From Cenococcum geophilum (lineage: Eukaryota), in assembly GCA_050273025.1 (NCBI GenBank), contig CP158636.1, forward strand, positions 6,386,001 to 6,450,000: DNA of 64,000 bases. The letters run 5' to 3'. A model generated the notes under the pieces. That model had not been told where the DNA came from and did not search any database. It saw nothing but the letters and a program-made list of their open reading frames with translations. Below, piece by piece: positions 13,857 through 25,290 of the stretch (positions are counted from its first letter, which is position 1; each line of letters starts with the position of its first letter). Both the position numbers and the translations under genes were made by a program.

Positions 13857-14039
13857 CTATCTCTCCTCTCTTTATCTTTATCTTTAAAGATATTGGAGGT
13901 TGGGGTTAAGCTTAGCATAACCTTAGGTTACGCACGACCCCCTAAGGTCCGCGACATATCGTCTAAATATTACCCCCCCCCCCCTTTTAGTGGTGGCCCC
14001 TACTTTTTAGACGCGTCTTCCCCCTAACCTCTTACGGAG

Positions 14040-16574
14040 ATAGAGTCTTTTAAAATCTTCTTACCCTACAGTCTACTTTATAGTCGAAGGAAGCCCCCCT
14101 AGCCTCCTTCTCCCCCTTCTTTTATAGCCTCCAGAACGAATTTAAGGCCCAAATAGTATAGCTATACAATATTTATAAGGCCTAGCGCTTAAAAAATACT
14201 ACGAGGGCGTACGAGCTAAAGTAGAAAAAGTGGGAAGACTGGTATATAAGACTAGAAGGTAATATAGACAGCGCCTAGGTAATAAAAGACAAGCTTTGCC
14301 TATTTTTAGAGCAGTAAGTCATTAACTAAGAATTATAGGCTGCTAGCTATTAAAAATAGAAGTTAAAACGGAAAGAGATATGGAAAGATAGCGAGTAGGT
14401 AAAGAAAAGGTAGAAAATAGTTAAGCGGGTAGGGTAGCTAGGGGGGAAGGCAGCTATAGGGGCAGCTATAGGGGTAGCTATAGGGGCAGCCGTAGGCATA
14501 GGGGAGGAAGCTATAAAGGAGGATGGGGAGATATGGGATGAGGAGGCCCTAAACGCCCTATTTAACGAAATAGTCTAATACTTAGTTATAAATAGCTACG
14601 TCTCCGCTATTACTAAGCTTTACGCATAGTAGTTAAAAGGTAAGACCTTACAGCCACTGTGGGGGGCGAAGCTCTTAGTAGTACTAGATAGTGTCCACTA
14701 TAATAAGGACCGGATTTAACGCGTTAACTTTATTAATTAAGGCCTATTTATAATTACTAGCGGCTATAACATTAAAGGGCTTAAAAAGGTAATTACTTAG
14801 TGCTAAGAGACGGGCTCTAAGATGCTAGGTTTAGTTAAGTCTTACCTTTAAACTATAGTTAAGCATTTATTAGGTTTGTATATACTTCACCTAGTCTATA
14901 TAGCTGCCGTTTTCTAACCTATTTCTTAGGCTATACTACCATTACCTATAGTAAAAGTAGATAAGATATTTAGCTTACTAATTTTATCCTTATTAAACTA
15001 GAGAATAAAGGGCCTAAACTAGATAAGTTAGCGCTATATATAATTATATTAATAATATAAGGGAAGTAGAATTAGTATAGTAAGGTTAAGTATATAGGCT
15101 ATATACGGAACGCTAACCCTATCCTCTACCCCCTTTTTATAATAGCCTTCTACTTCTTTAATCACTAGGGTAAAGATAGCGCTAAAAGCTTTCTATTCTT
15201 TTAGTAGCTAAAGGACTACTATAACCTACACATCTTCCCTAGTAGTATTAAAGTACCATAATAGCCGCTAAGCTATTATACGCAGTTTAAATAGAATAAA
15301 AAGATATTTTAGAGGGTAGGAATTTACTTAAAGGAGAAAACCTATAGTGCCTATAAGTAGAGCGTCTAGTATACTAAGCTTAGCGGCGTTAAAGAGACCT
15401 AAATTAAATAGGCCGGATGCTGGAATACGAACGCGATAATAGGAGCCTACCTTAGCTACCTACCCCGTATATTTATGCGGTTAATTGCCGGCTTCCTAAA
15501 GAAAGGAAAGGGCTACTTTTTCCCCCGCGCATAGGAGGTGCCAGAGAAGGCCCTTTATTTAAAGATATAGTTTAAGACTAATGTTTAGCTAAAACGCATA
15601 GAGGCCTACTACCTAGGTAGGGCCGATAATAAGGTTATACAGCTTAATCTTATAGGCTTAGGATTTCTACGCCTCCTCCGCTTGCTTAAGGTAATCTTAT
15701 TATAAAAATTAGTAATCCTACGTAAGTAGTTCCCGCTCTACCCCCTATAAAAGGACCCCCTCTTTAGCTGTAAGGAGTACTAGAGGTTTACCGCATAGGT
15801 AAAAAGCTTATTAGCTAACGTAGTTATGCCGGATAAGCTAATAATATGGAAATACTGGCCCGCCTATAAGGCCGTAGCTAAGCTAAGATATAAGGCCACA
15901 ATCTCTAAGATAAAGGGGGTTTAATTACGCGTGTAGATAATCTTAGAACGCCTTAGCGAGATAGAAAGGTTATTAGTATTATTCGCACCTATATAGATCT
16001 AGTAAGGAAAGACGGGTATCTAAATAGGGCCTACGGAGTTTATACATCCACCTTTAGGCGAGCCCGCGCCGTCTACTATAACGTCTACTATATCCGCGTC
16101 GCCCGCTTAGCCGTCTATAATATCTATACCGTCTTAGCCGTCTACAATATCCGTACCGCCCGCTTAGCTATCTACTATATCCGCACCGCCCGCTTAGCCG
16201 TCTACTATATCCATATCGCCCTTACTAACGCAGGCATAAGCTAATACTTAACTATCTCTCCCATTTATTCTTAACCTATAGGCACCGCTAAGGAAATATA
16301 AAATGCTTTAAGGCGGTAATTTAGTCTTCTAGCTCTGGATTAAGTGGACTTTAGGGCTAGTAGGTAGGCCATTAATTAAAGCTCTTAACCGCTGCTGGGG
16401 GGCACGCTAGCGGGTTAATGGCGAGGCTATATTCTATAGCCGTTGCTATAGGATAATTAAGGATATAAGACGGCGGGTAGAAGATGGTATGGCAAGAGAT
16501 AAGAAATAGGCTATTAACTAGCTGGAATAGCTACGAGGCCAGCGTTCTTTAGATTGCTTTATAAGAATATTTAA
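14040..16574 (+). pseudogene. Crypton-F-type tyrosine recombinase (NDC10-II-like) with C-terminal GCR1_C DNA-binding domain
   Basis: De-RIPed motifs: KNTTRAYEPKQKEWEDWC, VTEDKLCLFL, NSYVSAITELY, RGE (~14945), GKQNQHGKVEYMG, THSAR (~15340), RAGRWN..M.GAYL (~15410-15450), and GCR1_C LWTEW..GL.G.PSIEALD..WG..WR..FYSRR (~16330-16450). Intron at ~14874-14929. Confidence 0.85.
16065..16225 (+). repeat. 30-bp coding minisatellite (~5 copies, PSTMSAPPAQ-like) in the recombinase linker
   Basis: Repeated ccgtctactatatccgcaccgcccgcttag units. Confidence 0.75.
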
Positions 16575-16616
16575 GGCGGGGGAAGCTCCCTTTTAGGTAG
16601 TAGATAATACCTATTT

Positions 16617-16856
16617 TACTACAGTAACTAAGACGCCTTAATGTAGGACTATACTAGTAACCAAGACGTCTTAATATAGGACTACACTGCAGTGACCAAG
16701 ACGCCTTAATATAGAACTGTATTATAGTGACCGAAACGCCTTAATATATAACTGCACTGCATTGACCAAGACGCCCTAATATAGGACTATACTATAGTAA
16801 CCGAGATGTCTTAATATATAACTGCACTATAGTAACTAAGACGCCTTAATATAGGA
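16617..16856. repeat. Seven tandem 35-bp repeats (consensus ~CACTGCAGTGACCGAGACGCCTTAATRTAGGACTG)
   Basis: The acgcc/acgtc/atgtc core recurs at 16633, 16666, 16701, 16736, 16771, 16806 and 16841. Confidence 0.9.
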
Positions 16857-17838
16857 ATAGAGCCTGTTTAGGTGTTGTAAATTTAGAGCAACATTACGCA
16901 ACCGTCCAGAAGTACCGATCTAACACAAAACATACGGAACGTTGATCCCCCAACGTAAATTTTAACCCGAGTTTATAAGTAATAAGCCAATCAATTTTAG
17001 AGCTTTATTATATAGACTTTAATTAATATATATAGAGATAAGGTTTTCCAGGGGGAGACCCCCTAGGACCCCCCTATATAGAGCTTTTGCTTGATTTAGA
17101 AGTAGTAGTAAGATTAAGGCGCCTTGGTTACTGCTAGGTAAGGATCTACTACAGTGACCGAGGCGCCCTACTTAAGCTAGGCTTAAGGATTATATTAGTT
17201 ACGAATCTAGTATATATTTAGACTGCAGAGCTTTAATATAGAGCCCTCTACGTAGGATCTGATATAGTAGATTATAATTCTAATTTAAAGCTTTATATAC
17301 TAAATATTTTTAATACCTAATAACTAAATCGCTGCATAGCTGGAATTAAAGTAAGTCTACTACCCTAACTCGATCAAATACGCATGTAGGAAGAGATATA
17401 ACTGTATATAGACGTCTGACATAATCGAGTAACCACGTTATTGCCCACCCAGTTCGGACGTACGACGACGCGATGGCTCGGCGACAACGCAATGGCTCGG
17501 CAACGACGCAATAGCTCAGCGCCGAGTAATAGGAGGGGGGAGGAGGGGGAGGAGATTGGGGGTGGCTCGGCCACTGCAAGAAGGTCGTGATATTGGTATA
17601 GTGTTAAACTTTAAAAATTGTGTCCCGGGAGCTTAATTAACGACCCCTATATAAAACATTAATAACGTTTAATTGTAGAGCTTTAAACCGGTAGATCTCC
17701 TAGGAATGCCTATTATAAGCAGCTCCAAGTACAAAATCTAGAATATTTAATAGTGGTGTGAGTATAGGATAGGGGTACATATTTGCGTTCCCAAATATTA
17801 TTACATAACGCAATTTTTGGGTGACGAAAACCGCCGTT

Positions 17839-19090
17839 AACGTTACTCGACTAACACCTACTAAAGGTTCCTCCGTCCTTCCTATCTCCTCTCTCACCCG
17901 TCTCCTCGTCCGATACTGTCTATATCGCTATATTAACTAATAAATCCCTTAATAGAGACTAGGGAAAGGTATTAGAGCGCCTCTAGCTCTTATAAGGAAG
18001 AAGAAAGAAGAAGAGAGGAAGGTATAGAAAAGGGAGTATTTATAAACAGGAGGAGGCCTATAAACGGGAGATTAGGCAGCCATAATATAGATATTGACGT
18101 TACTTAACTAACACCTACCAGACGCCCCTCCGTCCTTCCTATCTCCTCTCTTACCCGTCTCCTCGTTAGATGCTATCTATATTGCTACATTAACTAATAG
18201 ATCCCTTAGTAGGGACTAGGGAGGGGTATTAGAGCATCTCTAGCTCTTATAAGGAAGAAGAAAGAAGAAGAGAGGAAGGTATAGAAGAGGAAGTATTTAT
18301 AAACGGGAGGAGGCCTATAAACGGGAGATTAGGCAGCTATAATATAGACATTAACGTTGCTTAACTAACACCTACTAGACGCCCCTCCGTCCTTCCTATC
18401 TCCTTTCTTACCTATCTCCTTATTAGATACTATCTATATTACCACATCAACTAATAGATCCCTCAGTGGGGACTAGGGAGGGGTATTAGAGCACCTCTAG
18501 CTCTTATAAGGAAGAAGAAAGAAGAAAAGAGGAAGGTATAAAGGAGGGAGTATTTATAGACGGGAGGAGGCCTGCGAACAGGAGATTAGGCAGCCATAAT
18601 ATAGATATTAACGTTGCTCGACTAACACCTACTAGACGCCCCTCCGTCCTTCCTATCTCCTCTTACCCATCTCCTTATTAGATGCTATCTATATCGCCAC
18701 GTTAACTAATAAATCCCTTAGTAGGGACTGGGGAGGAGTATTAGAGCACCTCTAGCTCTTATAAGGAAGAAGAAAAAAAGAAAGGAAGGTATAGAGGAGG
18801 GAGTATTTATAGACGGAAGGAGGCCTATAAGTATAGGAGATTAGGCAGCCATAATATAGCTAGTAACGTTGCTCGACTAATACATACTAGACGCCCCTCC
18901 GTCCTTCCTATCCTCTCTCGCCCGTCTCGTCGTCCAATACTATCTATATTGCCACGTCGACTAATAGATCCCTCAGTAGGGACTAGGGAGGGGTATTAGA
19001 GCACCTCTAGCTCTTATAAGGAAGAAGAAAGAAGAAGAGAGGAAGGTATAGAGGAGGGAGTATTTATAGACGGGAGGAGGCCCTACGAGT
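17839..19090. repeat. Tandem array of ~4.9 x 257-bp units
   Basis: Unit starts at 17839, 18096, 18353, 18610 and 18865. Confidence 0.92.
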
Positions 19091-19239
19091 ACGTAATTTG
19101 GTAAGTACTAATAGCATAAGATTCTCGTATAAGATGGGCTTAATTACTTACCAAAATACGAGGTATCTCTGTCACTGCAGTGGCTACTACAGTAGTAGAG
19201 ACGCCTTAAATATTTAATATAACCGACTACTGAGGCTGT

Positions 19240-19600
19240 TAATAAGTAAAAGGTAGGCTACCGATATAGTGCAAACGATATAGTTATTAATATTGTTTAT
19301 AGCCTGTTTTTGCTTCTAATATACGCGTAGATCGTCCTTATATTTAGCGTAGAGCTAGTTATAGGCAGTAAGCTAGTTTGGGTCTAGCTTTACTATTAAT
19401 ATAGCCGTAGGTAGTATATCCCTTAGTGTAGGCTAACTTAGTAGTTCTAGCTTTAAAAGATCGTCTTTCTTCTTAGATAGGTCGATATACTGCTATACCT
19501 TATTAGTTTTAGCTATATCTTAGATAATAAAGAACCATTAAATCTAATTAGATAGCTTATTAAGGATAAGGTTAATTTTTAATTTAGTAAAGGTCGTCAT
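19240..19600 (-). pseudogene. Isolated Ty1/Copia gag N-terminal fragment
   Basis: De-RIPed MTTFTESKINLILDEPSDWIQWFFIIQDTA...VWQYIDPS...LPKLEPP resembles the Copia gag at ~50260-50400. No LTR or PBS seen nearby. Confidence 0.6.
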
Positions 19601-20199
19601 TTTTAGAATTTAATAGGTTAGGAAGGGTCTAGGTTAGGGTTTAGCTAGCGTCTTAGTAGAACCTTATTTAGATGTTCCAAACTTTTAATTTAATTCGTTA
19701 GTTTAAATCACTAAAATCTAAAATTTTGTCACAGGGAGCGCGATTAATAACCCCTACTAACAGCTCTAACTACGTCTAATTTTTAATTTATAAATCGGCA
19801 GATCTATAGGTAATAGTTATTATAAGCAGCTCTAGGTATAGTATATATAAAATCTTAACTATAGTGTAGAGAAGTCGTGGCTGCTAATATGCGGTCCCAA
19901 GTATTCTCAGAGGTCACGTGACTTCTTATATAAGCGATATTTCCGCCCTTTAAAAAAATTGAAAAATTCCAAAAATTAATTAACGCTACAGACAGCAGTA
20001 ATATTAATCCGGCAGTACTGCCAATTCTCTCTATATACTATTATATATATATCTAATAGCTCTAGAAGCGGTAAGAAGGTAGGACGGATAGGGGGGTTAA
20101 AATTTAGAAAATTGGATTTCGCGGTTAAGCTATTTAAAAGTTAGGAAACTAAAATAAATGCTATATTCTCCGCTTACCTCTAAGCTAGTATATAATTTC

Positions 20200-23100
20200 C
20201 TAATTAGGAAAAGTCATTTATAAGTAGTTACTGCTGCCTCCATGCAAAATCTTCTTATTATACCTCTTTAGTCTTACTTATAGATAACTAAAATCGTTTT
20301 ATATTAAACCTACGTTTAAATATAAGCCCTAAAAGCTTCTTAACTTGTAAGATTGCTATATAGGTTAGCCTAGCTGTCTTATCCTTTTCCTTAACATCTA
20401 GAACTACCTAGTTAAGTATTAGGCCCTAGCTTTTATATATAGTAAGAGCAAAAGCTAAAGTAATTAGAAATTAACGCTATAAGTAAGAGCCTCTTATACC
20501 TTCCTATTTACGAAGTACGGAAAATATAGGGATAACCTTCTTACTATCCTACCGAGTAAATAGGGCAGGTCCATTATACCTATCTACCGTAACTAGTAGT
20601 AACTGAGGCTGATCCTTTTTAATATCCACGTGTCCCTTCTATACGACATCTTTAACTATACTAGTAGTACCGTTTACTAAACCTAGTTTAACCCAGATAT
20701 TCTATATTAGTATTACTTTCGCGCCAATATATAGGGCTAGATTCTCTATAGTATCGCACTAATTAGGAGTAACTTTCCGTACACCTACACCAGTATTAAC
20801 TAACTTAATAGCCACCACTGGCTGTAAAAGGTCGCGAAGCCGAGTAGTATTATACTTACTTATAGCAGCGCGTGTGCTATATAGCCGAATTACGTCATTA
20901 AAGCCCGCAACCTCATTAGTGGATAGGCCCTGCTTATACCTAGTTAAAAGAAGCTTTTAGGTTAATTTACTTATAGAATTACTATATAGCTCTATAAGGG
21001 CGGTCCTAAATACAGAGCTTTTAGCGTCATTACCGCCCTGCCATATAACTTAATCTAGGACAGCTGTTCGGTCAATTGCCTTATAGGCTCCCTTTCTATA
21101 GCTAGTGAGCTTTAACGGCCTAGCGGGTAGATTGCTATATAAGGCCGCCTAACCTATAGGGGGAAGCTAATGGAAATCGCCTACTAGTAAGATGTTTAAG
21201 CCTCTAAAATAGTCGTTATTACATATAGGGTAGATCTAACGGAGGCGGTGGTTAATTTAGGCTAGATGTACTTGCCTAATTATAGATTTCTCGTTAAGGA
21301 TAAGATAGTAAATATCCTTAAAAGCTTGTTATAGAGGCGTAAGACTAGCAGCAGGCAATTTCTTAAACAGATGGTTTACCGGCAACCTTAATAGATTGTA
21401 TATAGTTCTGCCGTTAATACTAAAGGCAGCTACCCTAGTAGGGGCAGCTTAAGCTAATGACGACGGCTTACTATTAGCCCTTGCTATATTACAGAGCGTA
21501 GTAGAGAGGACAGCAATAAAATGCGATTTGCCGGTTCCTGCCTCTCTATTAACGTTGATTTATAATAGGGGGGGCCAAGGCCTACTTAGATCTGCCTGTA
21601 GTAATTAACTATAATATTATAGATATAACGCTGACCTAGTTATAAGGAGAACAGAGTTACTATTTAGGATAGGCGGCTCCACGGTAGAGGTTATAGCCGT
21701 ACTTCTTGCTAATAAGTCCTCTTATTAAGCTCCGGGTACGTACCCTAATGCGTACTCTAGTCATAGTTATAATTAAGCTCCCTATTACTAAGCCTATTAA
21801 GATCCTTAATTTTAACTCCGTTAGTATTTTAAATGCGGGTATATAGGGCCTTAAAGAACTAATATAGCTCTAAGTCGTCTGCGAAATCGCCCTTAAACTT
21901 ATTAATATTATTAGTAGTTTCGCGACCTTTCTCTAGTTTCCAATTATAGAAGTAGTTAGGCGGGTGCTAATAAGAGTTAACGTAAGCCTAATAGGAAGCC
22001 ATATAATTAGGGGCCCTAAATCTATTAGTATAAGTAGCCACTTCCTTATACTCCCTCTATAGGTAATAAAGAATAAGCTTTATACGGCAAAACTTAGGAT
22101 ACTACAGATAGAAACAATCGCCGTTATATCGCGGAAAGTACGATATAACTTAAGGCCTTGCTCTTAGCCGACGCTTATAAGTAGAGTAATTAAAATAGAG
22201 TAGAAAATTAAGGAAAGTAACGTCCTCTACCCTATCTGGGCGGTGCTTATATTTCTTATAGTTAGACAGTACATACCCTCTTAGTTGCCTATCCTTAAGC
22301 TTATATATAGCGCTTCGGTCGTCCTCCTAGCGGCAGTTTAAAGTTACTATATTCCTTAAGCCTTTAGAAAGGGGAATATTAAGAAGCAGATAGCATACCT
22401 CCTGCGCCGACCAATCACGTTTAGCAATAAGCTTGTTTATAAACTTAGCTACTATTAAACTAAAGGCATAAAGACTGTTAGCGTACGGCTATACTAATTA
22501 AAGTAACTCCTAGTAGGAAGTTGACTTCTTCTCTTCCTTGCTGCAATATTTGCCTATATAGTTAACTATTACTAATATGCTTATAGCGGGCGACGTATTA
22601 ATATTTACTATCCACGCTAGTATTATAGCTAAATTATAGCTATTAAGAAGCTTATTATTACGCTATAGACAGAACGTCTAGTAATATAGGTTTTAATCCT
22701 TTAATATAGCGGCCTTATCGCGGAGAGAGTGTAGAAAGTAAAAGCGGCACTCCTTCGCTCTAGCGGAGCCTTTCTTTAATCTTAAGTAGTAAAATTTAGT
22801 ATAATTGCGGTGCTGTTGAAATTAATTAAGGTAGGCAGTAAGAAGCTCACTAGTATTAAGCTGTTCTTTATAGCTAAGAGCAGAAGGATATTAAAGATTA
22901 GGAGGCCTAGATTAATTAGGATTTATTATAGATATAAAAGCAGCCTAGTGCTTAGCAAAAGCCGCCCTTAATTTACCAGTTAACGGATCTAGCCTTAGGG
23001 CTATTAAACTCTATAAGAAGCAATATATATAGCCGCTACCTTACGCCTACTACTTATATTGGGACCAAAAGTTAGTGCCATTAAATAGACCTATAAGCAC

Positions 23101-25290
23101 GTGCTTCCTAAACAGATTAAAGCGGCGATGCAGCTAGTAAGCAGCAATATACGGGTTTTTATTAAGATTCTAAGAAGTAATTTAGTAGCGCTAAGCCTTA
23201 TTAGCAGCCTTATATTTGTTAAATCAAGGTATATAAGAGTGTAGATTATACCAATATAGATTAGCAGCGCTAAGTGTAAAGAATAGAGACCCGCTCTTAA
23301 TATTTTTAGTATAAGCCGTAAGCTTATTTCTCTTCTACTTCTAGTAAGGCCTAATACCCTTAAGCTTCCGTATATACTATATAATCTTATTTAGAACCTA
23401 GTTGCCCCCACTACTATTTATAAGATTATTAAGCTTATCTAAAGATAGACTATTTTTATCTAATCGGCTGCAAAGAAAGCGGGTAGCATTAAGGGCTTAC
23501 TCTCTTATAATCTAATTAAATATATAGTAGTGAAATAAGGGGTGGCGGCCAAACCGACTGTCCTAATACTTAAGTATATACTTGGCGTACGCAGCTAGGG
23601 TAACTATACGGCTTTATAGTATATTAAAGTCGGCTTTACTATAAGGAAACAGAGTAGGAAAGGCGCTGCGTATAATGAAACTAGCTAATTGCTTAGAGAG
23701 AGGTGTCTACTGTATAGTAGGAACCTCTAGGCCCGTTTGTAGGTCTTGTTAGTATTAAACCTTACGACCTAAAAGTTCCAATTTATTAAGGTTAGGTACT
23801 AGATTAGGAACCAAAGTATCCAGTATATTGTCATTAAATTCGCTATCTAGTATATTACTACCAAGCTTAGTAGGCAAAGGATTAATAATAGAAGGACGTT
23901 GCATAGGAGCAGAATTATTAGACTCCGACTTATTAATATAAGGTAGCTAATTTAATATAGAGCCATTTTTAAGTAAGCTGGTAAGCCGGGTGCTACATAT
24001 TTTAATATCGCGATAATTAAGATAATTAGCCTTTAGAAAGTAAAGCCATAGTGCTATAGCAGAGCGCCTTACGGTATACCGCTTAGTAAACCGCCAACTT
24101 AGGTATTAGCCACCCTCTACTACTATAGGCCTTACGACCAGTATATTAAGTTTAGTAGGTAGCCATAGTAGCTACCTTTAAGTCTTTAGTATGTTCTGGC
24201 CAAAGTAGTAGACGTAGCCAGTATAGCAATGTTACTGGCTATATATACGTACGACTTGTAGATAAACGTATACGCGCGCAATTAGAAGCTCCTCTACTAC
24301 GGTAAGTATAGGTAGGAAGCTAGAAATAGGCCCCGGATTAAGCTCGTTGCTTTTACTAAATAAGGAAGGAAGGGTTAGATCTTTAAGGCTGTTGGCGTCC
24401 TTAATACAGACTTTATATACACCTATATTATTACCCTCCGTAGCTAGGCCCATTTAGAACCACCACTTCTTATAGCAACTGCACGTCTCTATACGTTTAG
24501 CCTATAGTATACTCCTAAACTTCTTAATTCGCTCCCAATCAATAGCTAAAACAGGTAGTGGTGTGGCCGTAGTTGGAGCTTGCCGTAAGGAAGGTAGTAT
24601 TGGCCGTAGAGTGGCCGTAGTTGGAGCTTGCTAAGAGGGAGCTTGCCAAGAGGGAGCCTATAGAGAGGGAGCTTGCCATAAGGAAGGTGGTATTAGCAGT
24701 AGAGTAGGTATTGGCGGTAGAGTAGGCGTAGGAGCTAGTTCCAGCAAGGACGTATTTAGGTCATTTAGAGCGCCTCTACTACTGTATAGAGCTTTATCTA
24801 TAGTATATAGCGGAGGAGTAGACAAGTGAGCTTTACCCCACCAATTAAGAATGCGGTGCTCCCGTTATATTACCCTAATTATCTTCCGCCGTTAAGCTAT
24901 TTTAGGGGTATCTTAACTATTCTGGCCGCGAGGTAAGAAGACGTCCTTAGTATCGGTTTTAGGTAAAGCATTTTGCTGGCGCTTTATAGGATAAGTCTCA
25001 GTAAAACCAAGCTCTGCTTTCTGCCTATTTAAATTATATTTAAAGCTCTAGGAAAGTAAGTAAAAGTAGAAGTAATATATAGGGAAAACGCACCTTTAAC
25101 CAACACAATTAATATTGCTTTAAAAGCTTAATAGATAGGCCGTTTTTAATAAAATTAATACGGGGTTATATTAAACAGCACTTACTATACTTAATTAAAG
25201 CAGGTTCTACCATAGTTAAGACGCGTATAATAGTATTAATAGAGATATTAATAAAAAGGTTAATTTGCTAATAGTAAGATCATAAATATT
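20200..25290 (-). pseudogene. Helitron-like Rep-helicase (DUF6570-like region, HUH Rep, PIF1 helicase)
   Basis: NELNPGP..LTVVEELLIARV (ORF 24232-24453), FFTLSAAD (~23270), YEWQARGSGHxH (~23020-23060), YIGKY (~22545-22560), RDWSAQEVC (~22400), NVDGEAGTGKS (~21525-21555), APTGVAA, LILDEKSM, GDFHQLPPV and AFALTIHKSQG (~20425-20460). Ends are approximate. Confidence 0.9.

Noticed and set aside
14040..16574. Starship captain (DUF3435) or host centromere protein Ndc10
   Set aside because: The motifs and C-terminal GCR1_C match the Crypton-F type. The gene is RIP-saturated and sits in a discrete 11.7-kb insertion.
16617..16856. CRISPR-like array (35-bp period)
   Set aside because: Units are contiguous with no unique spacers, there are no cas genes, and the context is eukaryotic.
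17346..17579. Short ORFs over three 18-bp repeats
   Set aside because: Low-complexity sequence with non-ATG or unsupported starts and no homology recognised.
20200..21600. Cellular PIF1/RRM3 gene
   Set aside because: It is fused to HUH Rep motifs and RIP-mutated, so it is element-encoded.
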